Of a stretch of 64,000 nucleotides of DNA, positions 15,623-24,748 are shown piece by piece (the stretch's first letter is position 1; every line of letters begins with the position of its first letter). The notes beneath the pieces are model-generated. The model did no database searches. It worked only from the letters and a program-made list of their open reading frames with translations, and had not been told where the DNA came from. Source of the stretch: an uncultured Gemmatimonadales bacterium (GTDB taxonomy: Bacteria > Gemmatimonadota > Gemmatimonadetes > Gemmatimonadales > GWC2-71-9). The stretch lies in assembly GCA_963739455.1 (NCBI GenBank), contig CAVUAK010000003.1:224001-288000 (forward strand). The letters are read 5' to 3'. The position numbers and the translations under genes were made by a program.

Positions 15623-16929
15623 ACCAGCTCTCATGGACCGGGGTGGCGCGACTTGGCCTGGTGCAGGCCTCGATCGGTGCCGTCGTCGTGCTCATGACAT
15701 CAACGCTCAACCGGATCATGGTGGTCGAGCTCGGGCTCGCAGCCGCGATTCCCGGTGCCCTCGTGGCACTGCACTTCGCGGTGCAGATGTTCTTCCGGCC
15801 ACGCCTCGGTTTCTGGTCGGATGCTGGTGGCCGGCGGACGCCGGTGATCCGGATGGGCATGGCGCTGCTCGGCTTCGGTGGGGCGGATGCGGTGGCGGCA
15901 ATCGCGCTCGTGCCGACCCACCGCGCGCTGGGCCTCGCGGCGGCAGCACTGGCCTTCGTCGTCATCGGCCTGGGCGTGAGTGCCGCGGGGACGCCGTTGC
16001 TGGCCATGCTCGCCGACCGGGTCAGCGGCGAGCGGCGCGGGCGGGCGGCGGCGATCGTGTGGCTGATGATGATCGCCGGGTTCGTGGTCACGACGCTCGT
16101 GGTTGGCCGGCTCATCGATCCGTTCTCGTTCTCCCGCCTCATGCTGGTGGCCATCGGCGTATCGGTGATGGCGTTCGTGGTGGCCTGGGTGGCGCTCGCG
16201 GGCCTCGAGGGCGCCGGACGGGCACCGATGGTGATGCCGTCGTCCGATTCATCGTCCTTCCGGTTCGCCCTCTCGACGGCATGGCGCGATCCAGCCACGC
16301 GCCGCTTCGCGATCTTCGTGTTCGTGGCGATGCTGGCGTACAGTGCGCAGGACCTGGTGCTGGAGCCGTTCGCTGGCAGCGTGTTCCAGCTGACGCCCGG
16401 GGAATCGACCAGGATCACGAGCGTCCACCAGGGCGGGATGCTCGTCGGCATGGTCCTCACCGCGGTGCTCTCGGCACGCTGGGGCAGCCTGCCGCGCTGG
16501 GCCGCGTTCGGCTGCGCTGCGTCGGCGCTGGCATTCGTGGCGCTCGCCATCTCTCCGCTGGTTGGCACCGTCGGGGCGCTCCGCGGGAGTGTCCTGGCAC
16601 TGGGCCTCGCAAACGGGACGTTCGCCATTGGCGCCATCGGCAGCATGATGGTGCGCGCGCGCGGCGGCCAGGCGGGGCTCCGGATGGGCGTCTTCGGTGC
16701 GGCGCAGGCCATCGCGTACGCGATCGGGTCGTTCATCGGCGCGGCAGGCAGCGACATCGGCCGCGCGGTCTCCGGGTCCGATGCGCGGGGCTATATGTCG
16801 GTGTTCGCGGCGGAAGGGGTGCTGTTCCTCGTGGCTGCGGTGCTGGCGTGGGATTCCTCGAGTCGCAAGCGCGAGTCGCTGGTCGACTCACGGAACGGTG
16901 GTGATGCCCTCATGGCGTCGCTCGCATGA
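15619..16929 (+). CDS. pucC: PucC/Bch2-family MFS protein
   Basis: LSWTGVARLGLVQASIGAVVVL.STLNRIMVVE, SDAGGRRTP, AQDLVLEPFAG; GTGA overlap with bchG. Confidence 0.9.
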   Translation: MNQLSWTGVARLGLVQASIGAVVVLMTSTLNRIMVVELGLAAAIPGALVALHFAVQMFFRPRLGFWSDAGGRRTPVIRMGMALLGFGGADAVAAIALVPTHRALGLAAAALAFVVIGLGVSAAGTPLLAMLADRVSGERRGRAAAIVWLMMIAGFVVTTLVVGRLIDPFSFSRLMLVAIGVSVMAFVVAWVALAGLEGAGRAPMVMPSSDSSSFRFALSTAWRDPATRRFAIFVFVAMLAYSAQDLVLEPFAGSVFQLTPGESTRITSVHQGGMLVGMVLTAVLSARWGSLPRWAAFGCAASALAFVALAISPLVGTVGALRGSVLALGLANGTFAIGAIGSMMVRARGGQAGLRMGVFGAAQAIAYAIGSFIGAAGSDIGRAVSGSDARGYMSVFAAEGVLFLVAAVLAWDSSSRKRESLVDSRNGGDALMASLA

Positions 16930-18152
16930 CGGCACTCTTTCCAGTGCGCGGCCTCCCCACGCTCGATGCGGCGCCGCTGCCGCTTCCGCGTCATCGCGAT
17001 CTCTGCACCGACTGCGGCATCTCGCGCACGAGCGCGCCGGAGCGCTGTGGCCGTGCCTGCCAGTTCATCAACCCGCGCTACGCTGAGCTGGAACTGCAGG
17101 CCCATGGTCGCGCGCGCGATGCCGCGCGGGGCGATGAGGCGCTCTTCGGCACCTATCTCGAGATGCGCCGTGCGCGCCTGGCACGACGGTCGGCGGGCGC
17201 GCAGTGGAGCGGGATCACCACCCGCATCGGCGAGCAGTTGCTTGCGACCGGGGCGGTGCAGGCGGTGCTCGCGACGGCCGCCGACGCCTCCGATCGCTGG
17301 AAGCCACGCCCGGTGCTGGTGCGCGACGCCGCCGGGATGGCGGAGTGCCGTGGCATGAAGATGGGATTCTCGCCGGTGCTGGCACTGCTCGACGAGGTGG
17401 CGCGGCTGGGCCTCACGCGCATCGCGGTGATCGGTATCCCGTGCCAGGTGCATGCGTTGCGCGCGCTCGAGAAGGAACTCGGGCTCGAGAAGCTGTACAT
17501 CATCGGGACGCCATGCAGCGACAACACCACCACGGAGAATTTCCACTCGTTCCTGCGCCGGCTCACCCCGGAGCCGGAGCGTGTGACGTACTGCGAGTTC
17601 CAGCCCGACTACAACGTGGAGCTGCGGTTTGACGACGGTCGTGTCAGCCGGATCCCGTTCATCAAGCTGCCGATCGCCGACCTGCCGGCGGATTTCTTCC
17701 CGCTCACCTGTCGCGCCTGCTTTGACTACACCAACGCGCTGGCGGACGTGACGGTGGGCTACATGGCGGGGGCGGGCGACCAGTGGCTGATCGTGCGGAA
17801 CGCGCGCGGCCGCGAGCTCGTGGCGCTGCTGGAGGACGAGCTGGTGACCTCAGACCTCGGGTCAGGCGGCCATCGCCGCGCCGCCGTGCGTGGATTCCTC
17901 GGCAACCTGCAGCGCGGCGCCAACGGACTGCCGCTGCGCCGCGCCCCCCGGTGGGCCCGACCGCTGATCGCCTGGGCGATGCCGACCTTCGGCCCGCGCG
18001 GGCTGGAGTTCGCGCGGAGCCGCGTGGAGATGAAGCAACTGGAGGGGATTGTTGCGTTGCGGAAGCACCGGCCGCGGCGGCTGTTGCGGATGGTGCCTGA
18101 CTTCGCGTGGGCCACCGCGGTGCGATACGGACTGGCTGGGGGGAACGCATGA
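16926..18152 (+). CDS. bciB: Ferredoxin-dependent 8-vinyl (divinyl) reductase, FrhB-like
   Basis: CTDCGIS..CGRACQF, GAQWSGITT, GIPCQV, GTPCSDN and TCRACFDYTNALADVTVGYM Fe-S/FAD motifs of the BciB family. Confidence 0.88.
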   Translation: MTALFPVRGLPTLDAAPLPLPRHRDLCTDCGISRTSAPERCGRACQFINPRYAELELQAHGRARDAARGDEALFGTYLEMRRARLARRSAGAQWSGITTRIGEQLLATGAVQAVLATAADASDRWKPRPVLVRDAAGMAECRGMKMGFSPVLALLDEVARLGLTRIAVIGIPCQVHALRALEKELGLEKLYIIGTPCSDNTTTENFHSFLRRLTPEPERVTYCEFQPDYNVELRFDDGRVSRIPFIKLPIADLPADFFPLTCRACFDYTNALADVTVGYMAGAGDQWLIVRNARGRELVALLEDELVTSDLGSGGHRRAAVRGFLGNLQRGANGLPLRRAPRWARPLIAWAMPTFGPRGLEFARSRVEMKQLEGIVALRKHRPRRLLRMVPDFAWATAVRYGLAGGNA

Positions 18153-19339
18153 CAGAGCCGCAGGTTGACGTCCTGGTGGTCGGAGGTGGCCCTGCCGGGT
18201 CGACGGCGGCATGGGACCTGGCCCGCAAGGGACACTCCGTGCTCCTGCTCGACCGCGACGGGCGGGTGAAGCCGTGCGGCGGGGCGGTGCCACCGCAGTT
18301 GATGACCGAGTTCGACGTGCCGTCGTCGCTCCTGGTGAACCGGGTGGACTGTGCGCGCATGGTGTCGCCGGTGGGGCGAGCGGTGGATATCCCGATCGAG
18401 AACGGCTACGTCGGCATGGTCGATCGCGAAGTGTTCGACGAGTGGCTGCGGCAGCGGGCGGTGGCGGTGGGTGCCGAGCGGCGCACCGGCATCTTCACCG
18501 GGCTCACGACCAACGCCGATGGTTCCGCCACGGTGACGTATCGCGATGGTAATTCGCGCTCTGATCGTACCGTGGAGGTGCGCGCCCGCATGGTGGTGGG
18601 CGCCGACGGGGCACTGTCGGCGGTGGCCCGCACCGCGATTCCCTGTTCCAGGGATGCGCGGTTCGTGTTCGCGTACCACGAGATCGTGGAGTCACCCGCC
18701 TCCTGGAACACCGAGGAGGCAAGCCGCTGCGACGTGTACTACGACGGTGGCCTCTCGCCCGACTTCTACTCCTGGGTGTTTCCGCACGGCGCCACGACGA
18801 GCATCGGCACCGGCAGCATGATCAAGGGATTCGACATGCGCGGCGCAGTATCGCGCCTGCGCGAGCGCACCGGCCTGACGAGCGTCAGCACCATGCGCCG
18901 GGAGGGTGCTCCCATTCCGCTGGTGCCGCTCAAGCGGTGGGACAACGGGCGCAACGTGGTGCTTGCCGGCGACGCATCCGGCGTGGTGGCGCCGGCCTCG
19001 GGAGAGGGGATCTACTACGCCATGGCGGGTGGCCGTGCCGCCGCCGATGCCATCGACGCCGCGCTCGAGCAGCGGGATGCGCGCCAGCTGGCCAATGCCC
19101 GGCGCGCCTTCATGCGGCAGCATGGGCAGGTGTTCCGGGTACTCAGCATCATGCAACGCTACTGGTACAGCACGGACGGACGCCGGGAACGGTTCGTGGC
19201 CATCTGCCGCGACCGCGACGTGCAGCGCCTCACCTTCGAGGGTTACATGCACAAGCGCCTCGTGCGCGCGGAGCCACTGGTTCACCTCCGCATCTTCTTC
19301 AAGAATATCGGGCACCTGAGCGGCCTGGTGCCGGTCTGA
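18149..19339 (+). CDS. bchP: Geranylgeranyl-bacteriochlorophyll reductase
   Basis: DVLVVGGGPAGS, KPCGGAVPP, SPDFYSWVFPHG, GVVAPASGEGIYYA. Confidence 0.97.
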   Translation: MTEPQVDVLVVGGGPAGSTAAWDLARKGHSVLLLDRDGRVKPCGGAVPPQLMTEFDVPSSLLVNRVDCARMVSPVGRAVDIPIENGYVGMVDREVFDEWLRQRAVAVGAERRTGIFTGLTTNADGSATVTYRDGNSRSDRTVEVRARMVVGADGALSAVARTAIPCSRDARFVFAYHEIVESPASWNTEEASRCDVYYDGGLSPDFYSWVFPHGATTSIGTGSMIKGFDMRGAVSRLRERTGLTSVSTMRREGAPIPLVPLKRWDNGRNVVLAGDASGVVAPASGEGIYYAMAGGRAAADAIDAALEQRDARQLANARRAFMRQHGQVFRVLSIMQRYWYSTDGRRERFVAICRDRDVQRLTFEGYMHKRLVRAEPLVHLRIFFKNIGHLSGLVPV

Positions 19340-20232
19340 TGGGCGCCGCCACGCTACCGTCCCGGGCGATGGTGCAGGACGCCTCGCTCAAGGCGTTCGC
19401 CGCCGCGCACCTTCCGGCCGTCGAGCAGGGTCTCGCCGATGCCTGCGCCGGGCTTGCCGGGGCCTCGCCGCGCATGCAGCACGCGGTGCTCGATGCCGTC
19501 GATCCCAACGGCGGTGAGGCGCATCGCTGGCGCCCTCTGCTGGTGCTCGCGGCGGCCGATGCCTGTGGGACGGCGCCGCATCACGCACTCCACGCCGCGG
19601 TGGCGATCGAGCTGACCCACACGGCGTCGCTCGTGCTCGACGACCTCCCCTGCATGGATGACGCGCCGCTCCGCCGCGGTCGCCCGGCCACACACTGCCA
19701 GGTGGGCACGGCGCCCGCCATCCTCATCGCCGTGGGCCTGCTGGGTCGCGCGGTGGAGCTGCTGGGTCGCTCCCCCGGCAACGTGGCGCAGCTCTCGACC
19801 GAGTGGGGCGCGGCCGTGGGACTGCCGGGCATGGCCGGCGGCCAGGCCATGGACCTGCGCGACCGGGCCGGCGAGGCGCTGAGCGGCGATGCGCGGCGAC
19901 TCTATCGCCGGAAGACAACGGCACTGGCGGCGTTCGCCGCACGCGCCGGCGGGCTCGTGGCCGGCGCACCGACCAGCCTGCTGGATGCCCTGGGTCGCTT
20001 CGGCCATCACCTCGGCTGGGCCTATCAGCTTCGCGATGACGTCGCCGATATCGAGGAGGATGGTCGCCTCGTCGCGGTGGAACAGACGGCGGCACGACGC
20101 GCGCGCCTCGTGGTGCGTGCGGAGCGCGCGCTCCGTACCGGTGGATGGAGCCGGCCGGCCAGCGCCGAGGCGCTCGCGGCCGCGGCATGGCGCATTGCCG
20201 GCGTGACAGCGGTAGGGCAGCGTGCGCAGTGA
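19339..20232 (+). CDS. crtE: Geranylgeranyl diphosphate synthase (polyprenyl synthetase)
   Basis: First Asp-rich motif LVLDDLPCMDD..RRGRP, GMAGGQAMDL, second motif YQLRDDVAD; TGATG coupling to bchP. Confidence 0.85.
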   Translation: MGAATLPSRAMVQDASLKAFAAAHLPAVEQGLADACAGLAGASPRMQHAVLDAVDPNGGEAHRWRPLLVLAAADACGTAPHHALHAAVAIELTHTASLVLDDLPCMDDAPLRRGRPATHCQVGTAPAILIAVGLLGRAVELLGRSPGNVAQLSTEWGAAVGLPGMAGGQAMDLRDRAGEALSGDARRLYRRKTTALAAFAARAGGLVAGAPTSLLDALGRFGHHLGWAYQLRDDVADIEEDGRLVAVEQTAARRARLVVRAERALRTGGWSRPASAEALAAAAWRIAGVTAVGQRAQ

Positions 20233-20724
20233 TGCACGCGGACGCCTGGTGGTTCCCGGTGCTCCTGGCACTGGGGTGGGGCCTCGTGCTGGGTGCGGTG
20301 GGCGGTTGGCTGACCACGCTGGACGCGTGGTACCGTCAGCTGACGCTTCCCCGCGTGGAAGCCACCCGACTGGGCGTTCGGTCCGGTGTGGACGACGATC
20401 TTCCTCTGCGCCGGCACCGCATTCGTGCTGGCGTGGAAGGGCGCCGGCCAGTCGGGCATGTCGCGCAGTGCGCTCATGATCGTCTTCGTCGCGAACGGCG
20501 TGTGCAACATGCTCTGGAGCTGGCTCTTCTTCCGGCGGCACCGGCCGGATCATGCGTACGTGGAGTCGTACCTCCTCTGGATCTCCATCCTGGCCATGCT
20601 CATCGTCGCCGGGTCGATGTCGCCGTGGGGTTACCTGCTGATCGCGCCGTATCTCGTCTGGGTCACCATCGCCACGGCGCTGACGCGCGCCGTCGTGCGA
20701 CTGAATGGTCCCTTTACCGGGTGA
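20232..20724 (+). CDS. tspO: TspO tryptophan-rich sensory protein; one frameshift near 20350 (probable sequence error)
   Basis: Removing one C from CTTCCCCGCG restores WYRQLTLPAWKPPDWAFGPVWTTIF...NMLWSWLFF...LIAPYLVWVTIA. Confidence 0.88.
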
Positions 20725-20728
20725 CTGC

Positions 20729-22015
20729 GTGCTGATCTCCGTCGCACTCGACTTCCGGCAGGCCCCGATCACGGTTCGGGAGCGCTACTTCCTCTCCGAC
20801 GCGAGGGTGGCGGCGCTCTATGATGCGCCGCCGTCACCACTGGTGCGGGAGCTGGCGCTGCTGTCCACGTGCAACCGGCTCGAGCTGTACGCCTGGTCGG
20901 AGGCCCAGTCGCCGGGCGCGCTGGAACAGGCGTGGTGCGAGCTGGTGGATCGCTGGGCGGGTCAGGACGGGGATGAGCGCGACGGCCTCGCGGCGCTGGT
21001 GGTGCGCCGGCACGGCGACGAGGTCGCATCGCACCTGCTGCGTGTGGCATCGGGCCTCGAGTCACAGGTACTGGGCGACTCGCAGATCCTCGGGCAGGTG
21101 CGGCAGGCATACCGGGACGCGTCCCGCGCGGGCATGGTGGGCACGGCGTTGCATCGGCTCTTCGGTGCGGCCCTGCACGCGGCGAAGCGGGTGAAGCACG
21201 AAACGGGTTTGGTGGGAGGGCGCCACTCGGTGGGTGCTGAGGCGGCGTCGCTCGCCGCGCGGCGGCATGGGCCGCTCGCCAAGCGCCGCTGCATCGTGGT
21301 CGGTTGCGGCAAGACCGGTGAGCGGGCGGCGCGCCAGCTGGTCAAGTTCGGCGTCGCCGATCTCGTGCTCATCAACCGCAGCCTGCCGCGTGCGGAAGTG
21401 CTCGCGCGCGACCTGTGGGGCAGGGCCGCAACGTTCGACCGGCTGCATCGTGAACTGGCCCGGGCGGACATCGCCATCATCGCCACGAGCGCGGAGCAGC
21501 CTCCGGTGCGGGCCGCGTCCCTCCGCTTCTGCCGGGATGATGCTGGCACGACGGGGCATCCACTCATGCTGATCGACCTCTCCCTGCCACGGAACGTGGA
21601 GCCCGAGGTCGGGGGGCTGCCGGGAATTACCTTGCTCGACCTCGACGCACTGCACCTGCCGATGGCGCAGGCGGAGGCGCTGCGGCAGGCGGCGGTACCG
21701 CTCGCCGAGGCGATCGTGCAGGAGGAGCTCGCGACGTACAGTGCATGGGTCCGGGCCGAGGTGGCGCGCGAGGCGCTGCGTCCCCTGCACCAGGCACTGA
21801 CGGCGGTGTGCCGCCGTGAGCTGGGCTATGTAGGGGCGAAGAGCGGGGCAGACCTCGACCGGGCGGCGGAACGGATCGTGGCGAAGCTGATGGCCCGACC
21901 GATGACGGTGCTGCGGGGTGCCACCGAGCGGGGCGAGTCGCTGGAGGCCGCGGCCCTCACGTTGCGTCACCTCTTCGGGGCGCACGGCCTGGCGATTCCC
22001 GCCGAAGCGGAATGA
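20729..22015 (+). CDS. hemA: Glutamyl-tRNA reductase (C5 ALA pathway)
   Basis: LLSTCNRLELY (catalytic Cys), HLLRVASGLESQVLGDSQILGQVRQAY, Rossmann VVGCGKTG, IDLSLPRNVE. Confidence 0.92.
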   Translation: MLISVALDFRQAPITVRERYFLSDARVAALYDAPPSPLVRELALLSTCNRLELYAWSEAQSPGALEQAWCELVDRWAGQDGDERDGLAALVVRRHGDEVASHLLRVASGLESQVLGDSQILGQVRQAYRDASRAGMVGTALHRLFGAALHAAKRVKHETGLVGGRHSVGAEAASLAARRHGPLAKRRCIVVGCGKTGERAARQLVKFGVADLVLINRSLPRAEVLARDLWGRAATFDRLHRELARADIAIIATSAEQPPVRAASLRFCRDDAGTTGHPLMLIDLSLPRNVEPEVGGLPGITLLDLDALHLPMAQAEALRQAAVPLAEAIVQEELATYSAWVRAEVAREALRPLHQALTAVCRRELGYVGAKSGADLDRAAERIVAKLMARPMTVLRGATERGESLEAAALTLRHLFGAHGLAIPAEAE

Positions 22016-22968
22016 GCGTGCTGCGCATTGGCACGCGAGCGAGCGCCCTGGCGCTCTGGCAGACCAACCGGGTGTGCGAAGCCCTTGCACGCCGGGGCCG
22101 TGCCACGGAGATCATCGAGATCAGCACCACCGGCGATATCCACGCCGAGGCGTCCATCGGGCAGCTGGCCGATCCCGCGCTGTTCACCCGCCAGCTCGAT
22201 GAGGCCATGCTGGCCTCGCGCATCGACCTCGCAGTGCATTCCCTCAAGGACCTGCCGACGCAACTGCCAGAGGGCATCCTGGTCGCCGCGGTGAGCGCGC
22301 GCGAGGACGCGCGCGATGCCCTGGTGACCCGCGGTGGGAAGTTCGCCGACATCCCGGCGGGCGGAACGATCGCCACCAGCAGCCTGCGGCGGCGCGCGCA
22401 ACTGCTCCGGGCCCGGCCCGACCTGGTGATTACCGAGATTCGCGGCAACGTGGGCACCCGGCTGTCCAAGCTCGAACAGAATGCAGGTTGGAGCGCGACG
22501 GTGCTGGCAGCGGCGGGATTGATACGGCTGGGCATGGAGGAGCGCATCTCGGAGCGGCTCTCGTTCGAGCTCATGCTCCCGGCGCCGGGACAGGCGGCGA
22601 TGGCAGTAACGGCACGCTTCGATGACATCAGCTCCATCGACGCGGTCCGCCGCGCGGTGCACGACGAGCGGAGTGCGCTCTGTGTGCAGGTCGAGCGGGC
22701 GATGCTGCATGACCTCGAGGGAGGCTGCGAGGTGCCCGTGGCGGCGCTGGCGGTCTTCGAGGATGCCAAGGGATGGTCGATGCGCTGCCGGGCGCGAGTG
22801 GCATCCCTCGATGGGCGGCAGGTGGCGGAAGCGGACGTGATCCGCTCCGTGCGCGGCAGCGATGATGCCGACACCTTCGGTCGCGAACTCGCGGCGGAGC
22901 TCCGCGACAAGGGTGCGGGACGCATCCTCGACGAGCTCGGGCTGGCGGCCGGCCGGGGGCGACCGTGA
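22012..22968 (+). CDS. hemC: Hydroxymethylbilane synthase (porphobilinogen deaminase)
   Basis: RIGTRASALALWQ, DLAVHSLKDLPT, TSSLRRRAQL, IRGNVGTRL, PAPGQA, LEGGCEVPV. Confidence 0.96.
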   Translation: MSVLRIGTRASALALWQTNRVCEALARRGRATEIIEISTTGDIHAEASIGQLADPALFTRQLDEAMLASRIDLAVHSLKDLPTQLPEGILVAAVSAREDARDALVTRGGKFADIPAGGTIATSSLRRRAQLLRARPDLVITEIRGNVGTRLSKLEQNAGWSATVLAAAGLIRLGMEERISERLSFELMLPAPGQAAMAVTARFDDISSIDAVRRAVHDERSALCVQVERAMLHDLEGGCEVPVAALAVFEDAKGWSMRCRARVASLDGRQVAEADVIRSVRGSDDADTFGRELAAELRDKGAGRILDELGLAAGRGRP

Positions 22969-23708
22969 GCAGCCGCACGCGCGTGATCTTCACCGGTGCC
23001 GCGGGAGCGCTGGCAGGACTCGGCGCCGCAGTGGAAGCGGACGGTGCACAGTTCACTGCGTGGCCGCTGATCTCGTTCACCGGGGCCATCGACCCGACGC
23101 TGCTCGAGGAAGCGCTTGGTCGGCTCGACCAATACGCGGCGGTGTGCATCACGTCGCCCCGTGCCGCCGGGGCGGTGGCGCGCGTAGTGGCTCAGCATGA
23201 CCTCGAACTGACTTTGGCACCGGTGGTGTGGACCAGCCCTGCATGCGAAGCAGTGCTGCGGCCGCTGTTTCCCCGGATCGAGGTGCTGCCGCGCGACCGG
23301 AGCACCGACGGTCTTGGCGCCGCGCTCGCCGAGACGATGCTGCGGCACGGGGTGCAGTCACCGGTGCTGTTTCCCTGCGGTGACCTGCATCGCGATGAGC
23401 TGGTGACTCGGCTCCGCGATGCCGGTCGCGTCGTGGACGTCGTGGAGGCGTATCGTACCGTCGTGGCCGAGCCGAGCCGCGCGCAGGCGGTGATGGCCGC
23501 TGCCGACGTCGTGGTGGTAACGAGCCCCAGCGTGGCGCGACTGATCGCGTCGCTCGAGCACTGCGAGCGACCCGCCCTCGTGGTGATCGGGCCCACCACG
23601 GCCGATGAGGCGACCCGCCACGGCTGGCCGCCGGACGCCGTGGCGGCATCACCCGCGGTCCCGGCCGTTGCGGCGGCCATTCACTCCTTGCTGCCGAGTT
23701 ATTCATGA
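22965..23708 (+). CDS. hemD: Uroporphyrinogen-III synthase
   Basis: CITSPRA, VEAYRTV, VTSPSV and IGPTTA motifs; located between hemC and hemE. Confidence 0.88.
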   Translation: MSSRTRVIFTGAAGALAGLGAAVEADGAQFTAWPLISFTGAIDPTLLEEALGRLDQYAAVCITSPRAAGAVARVVAQHDLELTLAPVVWTSPACEAVLRPLFPRIEVLPRDRSTDGLGAALAETMLRHGVQSPVLFPCGDLHRDELVTRLRDAGRVVDVVEAYRTVVAEPSRAQAVMAAADVVVVTSPSVARLIASLEHCERPALVVIGPTTADEATRHGWPPDAVAASPAVPAVAAAIHSLLPSYS

Positions 23709-24748
23709 TCGCGGTCGAGAAGAACGAACTGCTGCTGCGCGCATGCGCCGGCGAGCCAGTGGAGCGACCCCCGGTGTGGATGATGCGCCAGGCGGGACGA
23801 TATCTCCCGGAGTACCGCGCTGTGCGGGCGCGCAGCGATTTTCTCACCATGGTGCGGACGCCGGAGCTGGCAGTGGAGGTGACGCTCCAGCCGGTCGACC
23901 TCGTGGGCGTCGACGCAGCGATCATCTTCAGCGACATCCTGGTCATCCCGGAAGCGATGGGCATGCCGCTCACGGTCGATGAGGGCGTGGGCCCGCGCTT
24001 CGGCAGCACCATCCGCTCGGCCGCCGAGCTGGCGCAGCTGCGCGACCCGATGGCCGACGGCGCGCTCGCGTACGTCACCGACGCCATCCGGCTGGCCCGT
24101 CGCGAGCTGGACGGCCGGGTTCCCCTGATCGGGTTTGCCGGCGCGCCGTGGACGCTGGCCTCATACATGATCGAGGGCCAGGGCACCAAGAGCTTCAGCG
24201 TGGCGAAGCGAGTGCTGGTGCAGGCACCGGCGCTGGCGCACCAGTTGCTCGGCCGTCTTGCCGAAGCGGTGGGCCGGTTCCTCTGTGCCCAGGTCGAGGC
24301 CGGCGCCCAGGTGGTGCAGCTCTTCGATTCGTGGGCTGGCGCACTGGGTCCCGACGACTATCGCACCTTCGCGCTGCCGTACCTGGCGAAGGCGGTGGCA
24401 ATTGCACGGACCGCGGGCGCGCCGGTGATCGTGTTCTCCCCCGGCGCGGGCTGGGCGCTATCCGAAATCCTGGAAGCCACCCAGGCCGACGTCGTCGGGG
24501 TGGATTGGCATGTGGCACCCGCGACCGCGCGCCGGCAGCTTGGGCCGCAGCAGGCGCTCCAGGGCAACTTCGACCCATGCTGGCTCTATGGTACGCCGGC
24601 GGAGATCCGCCAGCGCGCGCATGCGATGCTCGATGCCTTCGGGACGGGGCCGCTCATCGCCAACCTCGGCCACGGCATCCTTCCCGATACGCCAGTGGCC
24701 AATGCTCGGGCGTTCATCGATGCGGTGAAGGAATGGCGCAGCCGATGA
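23705..24748 (+). CDS. hemE: Uroporphyrinogen decarboxylase
   Basis: PVWMMRQAGRYLPEYR, DAAIIFSDIL, IGFAGAPWTLASY, NLGHGI. Confidence 0.98.
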   Translation: MIAVEKNELLLRACAGEPVERPPVWMMRQAGRYLPEYRAVRARSDFLTMVRTPELAVEVTLQPVDLVGVDAAIIFSDILVIPEAMGMPLTVDEGVGPRFGSTIRSAAELAQLRDPMADGALAYVTDAIRLARRELDGRVPLIGFAGAPWTLASYMIEGQGTKSFSVAKRVLVQAPALAHQLLGRLAEAVGRFLCAQVEAGAQVVQLFDSWAGALGPDDYRTFALPYLAKAVAIARTAGAPVIVFSPGAGWALSEILEATQADVVGVDWHVAPATARRQLGPQQALQGNFDPCWLYGTPAEIRQRAHAMLDAFGTGPLIANLGHGILPDTPVANARAFIDAVKEWRSR

